From a virus (lineage: Duplodnaviria; Caudoviricetes), in the IMG/VR virus record IMGVR_UViG_3300047159_000046: a DNA stretch of 64,000 nucleotides; one strand, 5' to 3'. Positions within the stretch are counted from its first letter, which is position 1, and each line of letters starts with the position of its first letter. The translations under genes were made by a program, and so were the position numbers. Shown here one piece after another: positions 52,118-61,140 of this stretch. The notes beneath the pieces are model-generated. The model made no database searches. It worked only from the letters and a program-made list of their open reading frames with translations, and was not told the DNA's origin.

Positions 52118-52363
52118 TTACTTGATAAAAAATCTATATATTACGGAACTTAGAAAAAGTATGATTGATATAATCATTGAATATTTCAATACCAAATCCA
52201 CCGTTCTTTCTATTTTCCTTTTCCGCAGTGTATTTCTGTTGTCTCTTAAACGCTCTTCGTCTTTGTCAAAACAAAGTGTAATATTGTTGTCGTTGTTTTT
52301 TAAAACATAACAGAACACTCCTGCAAAAACAATTATTCCAAAAGCTATTTTAAATATCAGCAT
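52118..52363 (-). CDS. small membrane protein
   Basis: Two TM segments. Confidence 0.65.
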   Translation of the reverse strand: MLIFKIAFGIIVFAGVFCYVLKNNDNNITLCFDKDEERLRDNRNTLRKRKIERTVDLVLKYSMIISIILFLSSVIYRFFIK

Positions 52364-52512
52364 ATTTAATATCTATTAATTCATATTGGCTGCAAATATA
52401 AATACAATTTTTTAATAAAACAACAAAAAAGCGGAAAATCTTTATAAGAATTTCCGCCTTGTTGGTAAATTTATAACATTAAATATGCCATTTTATTATT
52501 GTTATTGTACTG

Positions 52513-52845
52513 TTAGTCAATGGTATTTGAACTTACGGCATAGCAATAAACAATGTTTCCTTTATCATTTCCGTCTTTATCATCACCACGCATACCTAAT
52601 TTCAAATAATGGTTTTCCACACTACGAGCGATATCATCATCTATTGCCGTTCGATATATCCACCAAGAAGTATCTTTGGAAACATGATGCTTAGTAAACA
52701 AACAATGTTCAATATTATCGGTGATACCGATATAGAAATCAGAATAGAATTTCATTGCTGTTTTTTCAAGACACTCATCTATTTCCTTTTCTATTGTGAT
52801 ATAATCTTTTAGTTCACTCATTTTAGCATTCCATATTTTTGCCAT
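52513..52845 (-). CDS. GIY-YIG-like small protein
   Basis: FYIGITD..AR.VE pattern. Confidence 0.5.
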   Translation of the reverse strand: MAKIWNAKMSELKDYITIEKEIDECLEKTAMKFYSDFYIGITDNIEHCLFTKHHVSKDTSWWIYRTAIDDDIARSVENHYLKLGMRGDDKDGNDKGNIVYCYAVSSNTID

Positions 52846-53116
52846 ATAAAATCACGCAGTTATCTGCAGGAAAATCATACAAGACTTTTGTTTCATCCGT
52901 TATCGTTTCGCCAAGTCTGTAAATCATATATCGCTTATGGTCAGAAGTGAATTTTGTTCTTACCTTATTGATTATTAAGCTATTGGAATGAGAGTCTTGG
53001 ATATTTATATCCTTGTCATCTTTCGATTCGGCATTTTCTGTTATGATAATACGTATAATGTCGTTCATATATATTTGTTTTAAAAGATTATATAATAACA
53101 AAACAGATAACTCCAT
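52823..53116 (-). CDS. hypothetical protein
   Basis: ORF; start probably MNDII. Confidence 0.6.
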   Translation of the reverse strand: MELSVLLLYNLLKQIYMNDIIRIIITENAESKDDKDINIQDSHSNSLIINKVRTKFTSDHKRYMIYRLGETITDETKVLYDFPADNCVILYGKNMEC

Positions 53117-53358
53117 GCCATTATGGTTACTATCAGCATAAGATTTGCCTTGTTTTCAGACTTGTCAAGTGACTTGTAAAAACCGTTGATTTTCATTGTT
53201 GATTCTGTCGTTTCCTTTCCAGACAATTCTTCTGGACTCAACACTCTGCTCCATTCGTGCATGACTATCAGCTTTATTGCTGATACCACCCTGTAATTAA
53301 TGAAGCAGAACAAAGAGGATATGGCAATAAAAACAACAATGCAATTGAATATTCTCAT
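53080..53358 (-). CDS. small membrane protein
   Basis: Two TM segments. Confidence 0.65.
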   Translation of the reverse strand: MRIFNCIVVFIAISSLFCFINYRVVSAIKLIVMHEWSRVLSPEELSGKETTESTMKINGFYKSLDKSENKANLMLIVTIMAWSYLFCYYIIF

Positions 53359-53364
53359 TATTAT

Positions 53365-54222
53365 TTATTTGATATTCCGTATTGTATCAAAAACATTCTT
53401 GAATTCGGTATCTGCAGTTTTCTTTACTGCTACTGTGCTGGTATTGTTATAAGTATCTTTGAATCCCATTAGATTCTTTATTCTATCTGTTTCCTCGTTA
53501 AACATCTGTTTGAATTCATGTTTGATTACCTGTGCATCCGCTCCTGCCCATTCCAACAAATATGTGTCATTAACAGAATCTTTCATTATAAATCTGCATC
53601 CGTCTTTTTTCACATTTTCTGGTATCAGGGTTCTCATGTGTCCCTCGTTGATAAACTGAGTGCGTTTGAAAGTGAACCGTGGAGTTTTGCTTTCGTTAAA
53701 GGCTGTTGATCTCAAGGCATTGACCTTGCTTCTGTCCAGCATACGGCCAGTCAATCCAGCCATGGTCATATCGGTTCTGCTCTCCTTATTTTTTCTTGCT
53801 TTCTCTTTTGTTTTCTGAATATAGGCATCATTGTCTTTCTTGTAATACCCGTTTCCATAATAACCGTCTTTGTCAACTTCTCCTTCTCTTCTTTTCTTTT
53901 CATCTGCGGTGGTATATCCTTCCAGATTGGCAAGTACCTTATCCGAATAAGATTGACTGACAGGGGAATCGTATCTTAAATCTGCGTTTGTTTTGTTAAG
54001 GGTGTCACTCATTGAATGTTCTCCATTAACATAACTTCCCTGATTGGAAATCTTTCCATCCTTGCTTTTTGAACTTAATGTATCCAGCCTTTTCCCCTGA
54101 AGGCTGTCCATATCCTTACGTCTCATATTGTTACCGAGCACTGGTTCAAACGTGTTGATAACCTTTGCGCTCTCATTGATACGTCTTTTAAGCTCACCAA
54201 TGGTGTATGTTACTGATTTCAT
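53365..54222 (-). CDS. putative late/virion protein
   Basis: Leader ending LKRRINES; internal xNE motifs. Confidence 0.75.
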   Translation of the reverse strand: MKSVTYTIGELKRRINESAKVINTFEPVLGNNMRRKDMDSLQGKRLDTLSSKSKDGKISNQGSYVNGEHSMSDTLNKTNADLRYDSPVSQSYSDKVLANLEGYTTADEKKRREGEVDKDGYYGNGYYKKDNDAYIQKTKEKARKNKESRTDMTMAGLTGRMLDRSKVNALRSTAFNESKTPRFTFKRTQFINEGHMRTLIPENVKKDGCRFIMKDSVNDTYLLEWAGADAQVIKHEFKQMFNEETDRIKNLMGFKDTYNNTSTVAVKKTADTEFKNVFDTIRNIK

Positions 54223-54251
54223 ATTGGTTATTAATTTTCTTTATTTTATCA

Positions 54252-54449
54252 TTATTGAAACATCTGCAACATAAGACCTCTCTGCAACTGTTTGTTCATC
54301 AGTTTTAAAAGTCTATCGTTGTCCTTGTCGTCTTTTTTTAGCTCCTGCTTATATTCCTTTTGAATAGCATACAGATCCTCAACCACCTTGTTGTAAGAAT
54401 CGGTATTCTCCATTCCAAAACTTCCATATCTGCCAAAATCATTAGCCAT
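54252..54449 (-). CDS. hypothetical protein
   Basis: ORF in operon. Confidence 0.7.
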   Translation of the reverse strand: MANDFGRYGSFGMENTDSYNKVVEDLYAIQKEYKQELKKDDKDNDRLLKLMNKQLQRGLMLQMFQ

Positions 54450-54450
54450 A

Positions 54451-54981
54451 TTATTTTCTATGTCTAAAATGTTTTATTTTTCTTCTTACAGGAGATGCAA
54501 AAGCGGGAACCTCAAAAGCTCCTGAATCTGCTGCGCTCATTGCTCCAGCTCCTCCCGCATCTCCTGCACAGGCTCCTCCATCGCATTCAACAATACAGTT
54601 GTCATTCTTTATGGATGACTCAAACAGTGTTCCGAACAATCTGTGCATTTTCTTCTCAAAATCCTGTTTTGGAACAGAATATCGTATCATGTAATGGGCC
54701 TTATGATCTCCATCCTTATCGCTTATCCGTTCATTGCTTTTCAACAATCCGAATTTTCTAAGTTTGTCTATAAGTTCATTTGGAGTAATACCCCTTTTAG
54801 TGAACACATCATCAAGGTCGTAATCAGCTACGGATGGATTTTCAAGCAATGATGATATGAATCGTTTGCATGGATAAAAGAATTCGGCAAATGTAACTTC
54901 CTCCTTTTCTTTTGATACAGACTCCCTCAGCTCTCTGAAAGAGTTGATTTTAAATCCAGCGTATATATTTCTTTTCATCAT
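54451..54981 (-). CDS. putative late/virion protein
   Basis: ORF in operon, Gly/Ala-rich tail. Confidence 0.75.
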   Translation of the reverse strand: MMKRNIYAGFKINSFRELRESVSKEKEEVTFAEFFYPCKRFISSLLENPSVADYDLDDVFTKRGITPNELIDKLRKFGLLKSNERISDKDGDHKAHYMIRYSVPKQDFEKKMHRLFGTLFESSIKNDNCIVECDGGACAGDAGGAGAMSAADSGAFEVPAFASPVRRKIKHFRHRK

Positions 54982-54985
54982 ATTA

Positions 54986-55192
54986 TTATTGTCTTTTAAC
55001 TGCGTCTATCCATAGGGACTTTCTGGTCCACATCTCTTTGAAGTAATTATCAAAGCAGTCGGCACATATCTCTTTGATTTTCTTTTCAAAATCTCTTGTC
55101 CCAATATAATCAGAAATATCGCTCTTCACCTGCGTGTGAGTCAATTCCTCTCTTATTAGTCTGTCTATGTCTCTGTCTGTAATTCTTCTCAT
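54986..55192 (-). CDS. leader-like protein (MRRITDRDIDRLIREE)
   Basis: ATG 55192; leader resembles the RLTE family. Confidence 0.7.
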   Translation of the reverse strand: MRRITDRDIDRLIREELTHTQVKSDISDYIGTRDFEKKIKEICADCFDNYFKEMWTRKSLWIDAVKRQ

Positions 55193-55206
55193 ATCACTTA
55201 TAATAA

Positions 55207-55734
55207 TTAAAATACCATTGCTGAATTCTGAACCCAAAAATCCTTCCAGTTTTCAAACAGGGAATAAATCTTGGCTATCAGTTTTGAGCTGTTATCATTC
55301 AACGGCAGTGTATTTGCCCATATATAGCATCCGTTTCCGCTTCTGTCGTTGAATCTGTATTCAAACTTCAAGTTGTTTAAGTCTGGAACGGTGCCAATAA
55401 ACTGAATAATCTTCTCATCTGGATAACAAAGCAATGGATGCTGCCCATATTCCACATTGGTACCCATTCCTGCCGAAATATCATCTTTTACCTTATCAAG
55501 AGTATTCTGGCCATATTTGATATCATTGGTTATAGGGAAACACTTTTTGGATTTGAGTGACATATAGGAATTTCCATCTATGTTGTCTGATGCGTCAACA
55601 CCATTCATCATATCGGAATCATCCTCTGTACTTGTATTCTCTTCGTTTTCATCATCAAATATGGAATCATAATCCTCATTTATATTTCGGATTGTATGAA
55701 GCATATCCCGTAATGAATCATCTTGATGTCTCAT
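55207..55734 (-). CDS. putative late/virion protein
   Basis: Leader ending IRNINED. Confidence 0.75.
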   Translation of the reverse strand: MRHQDDSLRDMLHTIRNINEDYDSIFDDENEENTSTEDDSDMMNGVDASDNIDGNSYMSLKSKKCFPITNDIKYGQNTLDKVKDDISAGMGTNVEYGQHPLLCYPDEKIIQFIGTVPDLNNLKFEYRFNDRSGNGCYIWANTLPLNDNSSKLIAKIYSLFENWKDFWVQNSAMVF

Positions 55735-55752
55735 ATCTTATTGTTTTGTATA

Positions 55753-55993
55753 TTAAACGCTTCTGTTCCAGTTAAGCAGAATTTCCTGATTTCTAAAATT
55801 GCGGGCTTCGGCCTCTTTTTTTGAAACGCAATTACAAGATTTCTTTGCAGGCTGCTCTTTAACAGCCTCAATTGACGGTTTCTGCTGCAGCAGGTGCTGC
55901 CTCTACCGTTTTTGCGGTCTCTTCTGCCACTGGTTCTGACTGTGCTGATTCTGTTTCAGCAGTCTCTGTATCAACTGTATTTTTCTTGCTCAT
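55753..55993 (-). CDS. small Ala/Glu/Thr-rich protein (one-base frameshift; not in ORF track)
   Basis: MSKKNTVDTETAE.. continues IEAVKEQP..NRSV* after one extra base; TATTTATA upstream (~56021-56028). Confidence 0.6.
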
Positions 55994-56055
55994 TGTTAAA
56001 ATGTTTTTCTTTTATTTTATTATAAATAGCTTTCTATTCTTATTTTGGTATATTT

Positions 56056-56946
56056 TTATTGATTGGCGTATGTACTCATCAAAACGAAACTCTTTTTTAT
56101 TTCATTCTTAATCTTGCTTAAACCAGAATTTCTTTCTTTGATTACAGATTGGATTGGTGTTTGTAGCGTACTGCTTATTTCCTTCAAAGTTCTCTTCTTT
56201 TCTCCATATCCGAAATACATTTGGATGATTCTCAATTCGCTTTCCGTCATAATGGCTTTCAGATTTCCAAACAGCTTTTTTCTTTCCTTTTCTATAATCT
56301 TTCCGTCTACATAGGACTCAATGGAATCAGCACCACATGAAAAAGATACAAAATCATCATTATCCTGACTTGTTTCCTCATTTTCCTCGTTTTCTTCGGA
56401 CTTGAAATCATCCTGAGGAAGAGGAGTCTCCTCATAATCACAATACAAGTCGGTATCTGCGTTATCATCGTCAAACTCCATATCATCTGGCTTCGTTGCA
56501 GAAAGACAATCATCAGCATAACTTTCAACTGCGGTCACAACGTGTCTCTTTCTTACATACATCGAGATTTTGGCTTTTATCCACCATAAGGCATAGCAAT
56601 AGAATCGACATTCCTTTTTGGTATCAAACTTTTCTATTGCTTTTAAAAGTCCCATATTTCCCTCGCTAACAAGATCGGTCATTGGGACTCCACTTCCCCT
56701 GTAAAAATTGGCCACCTTAAAAACGAATCTTAGATTCCCCTCAACCAGACGCTTCTTCGCTTTTTCTGTCATTCCGTCTTTAAGCAATTCGGCTTCCTCC
56801 TCTTTGGTAATAGGAGGAATATTGGATAGATCATCATAATAATCACGCAAACTCAAAGCAAAATCCTCTTCCGTATAATCTGATTTGGATGCGTTTTTCT
56901 TGTCCTTTTTGGCGAACTTGTTTTCCTCCTTAAAATACTGATACAT
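56056..56946 (-). CDS. phage sigma-70-family RNA polymerase sigma factor
   Basis: LVEGNLRFV, DLVSEGNMGLLKAIEKFD, YALWWIK, region-4 RTLKEIS. Confidence 0.9.
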   Translation of the reverse strand: MYQYFKEENKFAKKDKKNASKSDYTEEDFALSLRDYYDDLSNIPPITKEEEAELLKDGMTEKAKKRLVEGNLRFVFKVANFYRGSGVPMTDLVSEGNMGLLKAIEKFDTKKECRFYCYALWWIKAKISMYVRKRHVVTAVESYADDCLSATKPDDMEFDDDNADTDLYCDYEETPLPQDDFKSEENEENEETSQDNDDFVSFSCGADSIESYVDGKIIEKERKKLFGNLKAIMTESELRIIQMYFGYGEKKRTLKEISSTLQTPIQSVIKERNSGLSKIKNEIKKSFVLMSTYANQ

Positions 56947-57094
56947 TAACTATATACATTATATCTCACAATAGAAAGATACTTATATCTTCAAATTATG
57001 CTTATTTATAATTACCAATTATCGCTATTGACATATTGGTATATGCAAATATAACTGTATTTTTAACATATTTTAACTTTTATTTAGATTTTTT

Positions 57095-57706
57095 TCAAAT
57101 TATTTCAATCTGTTTTGATGAACATAATGACATAATCTCATTTGTTTCTATCTGGCTTGAACATGCAATGCAATCCTTGAATATGTGTATGTTTCCTGGC
57201 TGCAATATCTGCAACAGGTCATTTAACGTAGCCAATATACTCCCGTCATAAGATATTCCGCATATATAAATATCAGAAACAGATATCTCTTTATTGTTGG
57301 GATCCAAAGTCTGCAAAATAAACTTACCGCTATCCTCATTCTGAAATACGGATTTTTCGTTGGACTTCTCATCGTTTTTGGGAAGTTTTTTGATAGGACA
57401 TTTAAGTGAAAATGAAAGTATTTTCAACAGGTTGTCCTCTATTCCCGCTCCCTCGCTAAACGACAGACAATGGACTGGATCTGTTCCTCCATTCTCCTTA
57501 AACAGTTTTGCCATTGATGAAAAGAAATCAACTGTTATGCCAACAAATTGCATCGCATTCATATAACCCATTACAAATATCTGATCCAATATATTTCTTT
57601 CGGCCTGTAAAGCTCCGTTAACCCATACTCCAGACTTGTCATTAAGAATATAATCCACCTGCGGAGTGTTTATAAGAAGCATTGAATTCGGTTTTATTTC
57701 TGTCAT
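57095..57706 (-). CDS. isochorismatase/nicotinamidase-fold protein, catalytic residues degenerate
   Basis: LLINTPQVDY, PVHC....EGA, ICGISYDGSILAT. Confidence 0.65.
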   Translation of the reverse strand: MTEIKPNSMLLINTPQVDYILNDKSGVWVNGALQAERNILDQIFVMGYMNAMQFVGITVDFFSSMAKLFKENGGTDPVHCLSFSEGAGIEDNLLKILSFSLKCPIKKLPKNDEKSNEKSVFQNEDSGKFILQTLDPNNKEISVSDIYICGISYDGSILATLNDLLQILQPGNIHIFKDCIACSSQIETNEIMSLCSSKQIEII

Positions 57707-57719
57707 GTTTTTTATCTTT

Positions 57720-58196
57720 TTACATTATTTCAGAAACGGAATCTTTCGTATGCGTTTCCTTCAAATCATTATTAGGTTCCTCTTCATCTGAATCAACATC
57801 GGCAATATCTACATTGTCAATATCCATCATTGATGTGTTATTGCTGGGAAACTCAAAAGTCAGCGTCTGTAGCTCATCCAAACTTTTGGTGCTGAATATG
57901 TGTTCAAGTTCTTTTACCTTTGCTGCGAACATATCCCTTTTCTTCATTATCTCAATACTTCTGTTTATTGTATCAACAATGAATGTGGTCAGCTTGTCAA
58001 GTCCATATTTCTTTGGAATGGAATACAAAAATCCTCCATTTTCTCCCTGAACTTCCGAAACTGAAATTATATTGTTTTTGTCACTGTATGCTTTTATTGC
58101 TGATGGAAATACCATGTGTACCACATATTTGTCTGGCAAATATCCTACATTTCTAAGATAGGAAACATACGTTCCCATTTTATCCTCTATACTCAT
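57720..58196 (-). CDS. hypothetical phage protein
   Basis: ORF. Confidence 0.75.
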   Translation of the reverse strand: MSIEDKMGTYVSYLRNVGYLPDKYVVHMVFPSAIKAYSDKNNIISVSEVQGENGGFLYSIPKKYGLDKLTTFIVDTINRSIEIMKKRDMFAAKVKELEHIFSTKSLDELQTLTFEFPSNNTSMMDIDNVDIADVDSDEEEPNNDLKETHTKDSVSEIM

Positions 58197-58262
58197 TATA
58201 TAATCTGGTTTATTAAAAAATAAAAAATATTATCTATTTATCTATAAATAAATAAACAAAAA

Positions 58263-58379
58263 ATGTGTAATTGTACCAAAAATAAACCAAAAAGTGCATC
58301 CAACTCGATAGTCAAAAGACCAAATACCGCATCAGTACGAAAGATAGTTGGAAGACGTGTTGTGAGAACCATTAAATAA
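58263..58379 (+). CDS. 38-aa basic peptide MCNCTKNK.. (not in ORF track)
   Basis: TATTTAT motif upstream, terminator hairpin downstream (~58392-58422). Confidence 0.6.
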   Translation: MCNCTKNKPKSASNSIVKRPNTASVRKIVGRRVVRTIK

Positions 58380-58446
58380 AACAAAAAAAAAAACGAACCT
58401 TGATTGAACAAGATTCGTTTTTTATATTTAGAAAGAATATGAAATA

Positions 58447-59295
58447 TCAAATATTGTAATTGTTCATATTCACTCTTTCGTTTTTATACATTTTAATAAT
58501 AGGATTCTTATCGTCCCCCATCAATTCGGAAGATATGCTTTCTTTCGTAAAATTAGGACTTTGCACGACCATTCTGCAATCGCATATACATCTTTTCAAC
58601 TTGTCGATATCCTTGACTCCCGACTGCTTGCTAAGATAATAATCTGGAACCATAAATTTGTTCTTCTGATTATAATATACATGCTCCATTCCTTTTCTTG
58701 AAAGAGAGTAACATGTTGACAAACACATTCTTACATCATCCATATCGGCATAATACTTGCTTACCATTGGCATTTCCTTTGCAGAATCAGCATAGTTTAC
58801 AAGACAGTTGTCAAACATCACAATATCCTGATTGATAGGAAGATCGTCTATCAAATCAAAAACCATTTTCTTGTCGTTCATAAAACTGGCATCATCCTCC
58901 ACGATAAGTATTCTTTCATAATTTTCATACAGGGCCTTTTCGATACAGTTAAAATGAGCCTTGGCCTTTCTGTAAAGATCTATATTCGGAAACTTGTCTT
59001 TGTCTACATTGTAGTTATCCACATCCAATACAGACGGATATATACGCTCAACCGAGAAATTGTCTGTAATACCCAATCTATGGAATTCGGACATAATATG
59101 ATTTAGCCTATCATTATTCTTGTAATAATTGATACAATATATATGGTCAAATCGTTTCCAATCAATAGGCTTATCAGTGTTTTCTGCCGTATTATTCACC
59201 TCCTCTACAGGTTTTGAGTTGTTTTCCTGTACTGGTTCTTCATTTGTGGACTCGCTTTTATACGAATCGTTTTTCTTGCTTTGAAACTTTGTCAT
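58447..59295 (-). CDS. glycosyltransferase family 25-like protein
   Basis: IYCIN....DR, H..C, ILIVEDDA, CYSLSRKG motifs. Confidence 0.8.
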   Translation of the reverse strand: MTKFQSKKNDSYKSESTNEEPVQENNSKPVEEVNNTAENTDKPIDWKRFDHIYCINYYKNNDRLNHIMSEFHRLGITDNFSVERIYPSVLDVDNYNVDKDKFPNIDLYRKAKAHFNCIEKALYENYERILIVEDDASFMNDKKMVFDLIDDLPINQDIVMFDNCLVNYADSAKEMPMVSKYYADMDDVRMCLSTCYSLSRKGMEHVYYNQKNKFMVPDYYLSKQSGVKDIDKLKRCICDCRMVVQSPNFTKESISSELMGDDKNPIIKMYKNERVNMNNYNI

Positions 59296-59302
59296 ACTTA
59301 TT

Positions 59303-59833
59303 TTAATTTATTTGCAGAGGAACAACATATTTTGATATATTTCGTATATCCTCTATTCTTGCCTTGAATATCAAGTCTTTTCTTCCTTTTCTCTGATATA
59401 ATTCATAACAATTAGAAGGAATGGAATCTTTCACCAACGACTTGTTAACCTTTTCGTCATACATTGATACGAGGGCTGTTCTGTCAACATACAAGATATC
59501 CTTGTCGGTCACAAATGATATATATTTCGCTTGCCCATATATCCATCCGTTTCTTCCAGTCACGTTCTGGACTTCAATCCATGTAACATCACAACTGTAT
59601 TTTGAATCAGAACGAGAGTTTTTTCTTCTTCCCTTCACATCAAATCCAACCTTATATTCAGAATTTTCAGCAGGAGACCAAAAAAAATCGATATGGGAAT
59701 AACAATCCTCATTTTTTGTGGAATGGAAAGCATAACCTCCAAAAACTCTCATGGTTGATTCCATAACCATATCCTCATCTTTTATTCCCTCCTGATAAAA
59801 ATTCTGAACCGTATTAGAAAAACTCATTATCAA
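59303..59833 (-). CDS. putative PD-(D/E)xK nuclease
   Basis: HIDF..FDVKG..WIE..GW.YG.A. Confidence 0.6.
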   Translation of the reverse strand: MIMSFSNTVQNFYQEGIKDEDMVMESTMRVFGGYAFHSTKNEDCYSHIDFFWSPAENSEYKVGFDVKGRRKNSRSDSKYSCDVTWIEVQNVTGRNGWIYGQAKYISFVTDKDILYVDRTALVSMYDEKVNKSLVKDSIPSNCYELYQRKGRKDLIFKARIEDIRNISKYVVPLQIN

Positions 59834-59923
59834 TAAAAAATTGTTTTATTGATAAAAAATAAACATTATCCATCTATTTTACGCAAAAACGGAGAAGAAT
59901 TTTAAAGTTCCCCTCCATTTTTA

Positions 59924-60304
59924 TCATTTTTTGCTAAAAATCATATCGTCATCACGGGCAATATATGTACCCTCCGATATCCCTCCCTTGGCGGAGAATT
60001 GATGAATTATGCACTCTATGGAGTACAGATTGTCTTTGATATAAGAGAAAGTCTCCATCATGGTAGATTCTATTTCCTTTGGATATGATACTGTCCCGTC
60101 AGGATTTAAAATTTCCTTATCCTTATAACCAAGAAGCAATGCCATATCGGACATCAATCTGCTTGAAAATAAAAGGGCATCAGAATCCACTACGATGACA
60201 GAACGTGTAAGTTCCTCATTATCATCAACAGTTTCCTTGTGCTGGATATTAAAAGCTCCTATGGCTTTGATAATATCTTTTGTAATATTTATCTTTATCA
60301 ACAT
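59924..60304 (-). CDS. hypothetical protein
   Basis: ORF. Confidence 0.75.
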   Translation of the reverse strand: MLIKINITKDIIKAIGAFNIQHKETVDDNEELTRSVIVVDSDALLFSSRLMSDMALLLGYKDKEILNPDGTVSYPKEIESTMMETFSYIKDNLYSIECIIHQFSAKGGISEGTYIARDDDMIFSKK

Positions 60305-60312
60305 GTTTTATT

Positions 60313-60561
60313 TTATTCGTTAGGTAAAAAAGGATGTTCTCTTAAATTGTATGGTGTCTTTCCCTGTTTAATCTCCTCCTCTGCTTTCAGTACTATCTGT
60401 TTGATAAGTGATTGGAAAGAGGGTTCAACCGTATAACCATCTACGGAAGCTATGTTTCTGAATACCACAATAGTCGTTCCCTTTTTTAATGTTCCGAACG
60501 GAGTTTCCAAATCACGGACTACTATAAATCGGTGATTATCAATCTCTTTTTCTTTACTCAT
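60313..60561 (-). CDS. hypothetical protein
   Basis: ORF. Confidence 0.7.
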   Translation of the reverse strand: MSKEKEIDNHRFIVVRDLETPFGTLKKGTTIVVFRNIASVDGYTVEPSFQSLIKQIVLKAEEEIKQGKTPYNLREHPFLPNE

Positions 60562-60579
60562 ATTTATTTATTTTTTTAT

Positions 60580-61128
60580 TTAATAATTCAATATCAAATT
60601 GATGCCTACTGAAATGAAGATAAATGAAAATGCCCACATTTCCGCCCAGAATGTTTTTGTCCTTGGATTGTCATTCTGCATGTTGTAAACAAGAATTATT
60701 GTTAATGCAAGCACGCTGGCTATATTAAGAATACCAGAACAGCCAATCAGACCATACATGCTGATATACTGCAAGAAAGCCCATAAAGTACCACATACAG
60801 CTGCCAGCCATGCACCAACCACATGGCCAAAATGGGTAAAAGGATTATGAAATACAGGAGCTGCTCCGACAAGAGCCAATCCTGCAGCTGCAAAAAAAGC
60901 AAGAAACTGAATACTTTCATTTGAATATTCCAGCCATACGGGCAATATTGTAAATGATGTTATCCATAATACAAGTGTAAACAGATACGGAACAAGTTTA
61001 TATTCCGAATATGCTTTTTTCAGCAAATAGAAACTATCAGACAATGAAGACGGAACTCCAAATCTGATTGTTATCGCAATAACGTATATAAGGAACGTTG
61101 CCAAACCTATAATAAAAGCGGTTATCAT
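60580..61128 (-). CDS. multi-pass membrane protein
   Basis: About six TM segments, GVPSSLSDSFY. Confidence 0.8.
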   Translation of the reverse strand: MITAFIIGLATFLIYVIAITIRFGVPSSLSDSFYLLKKAYSEYKLVPYLFTLVLWITSFTILPVWLEYSNESIQFLAFFAAAGLALVGAAPVFHNPFTHFGHVVGAWLAAVCGTLWAFLQYISMYGLIGCSGILNIASVLALTIILVYNMQNDNPRTKTFWAEMWAFSFIFISVGINLILNY

Positions 61129-61140
61129 TGTTATTAATTT

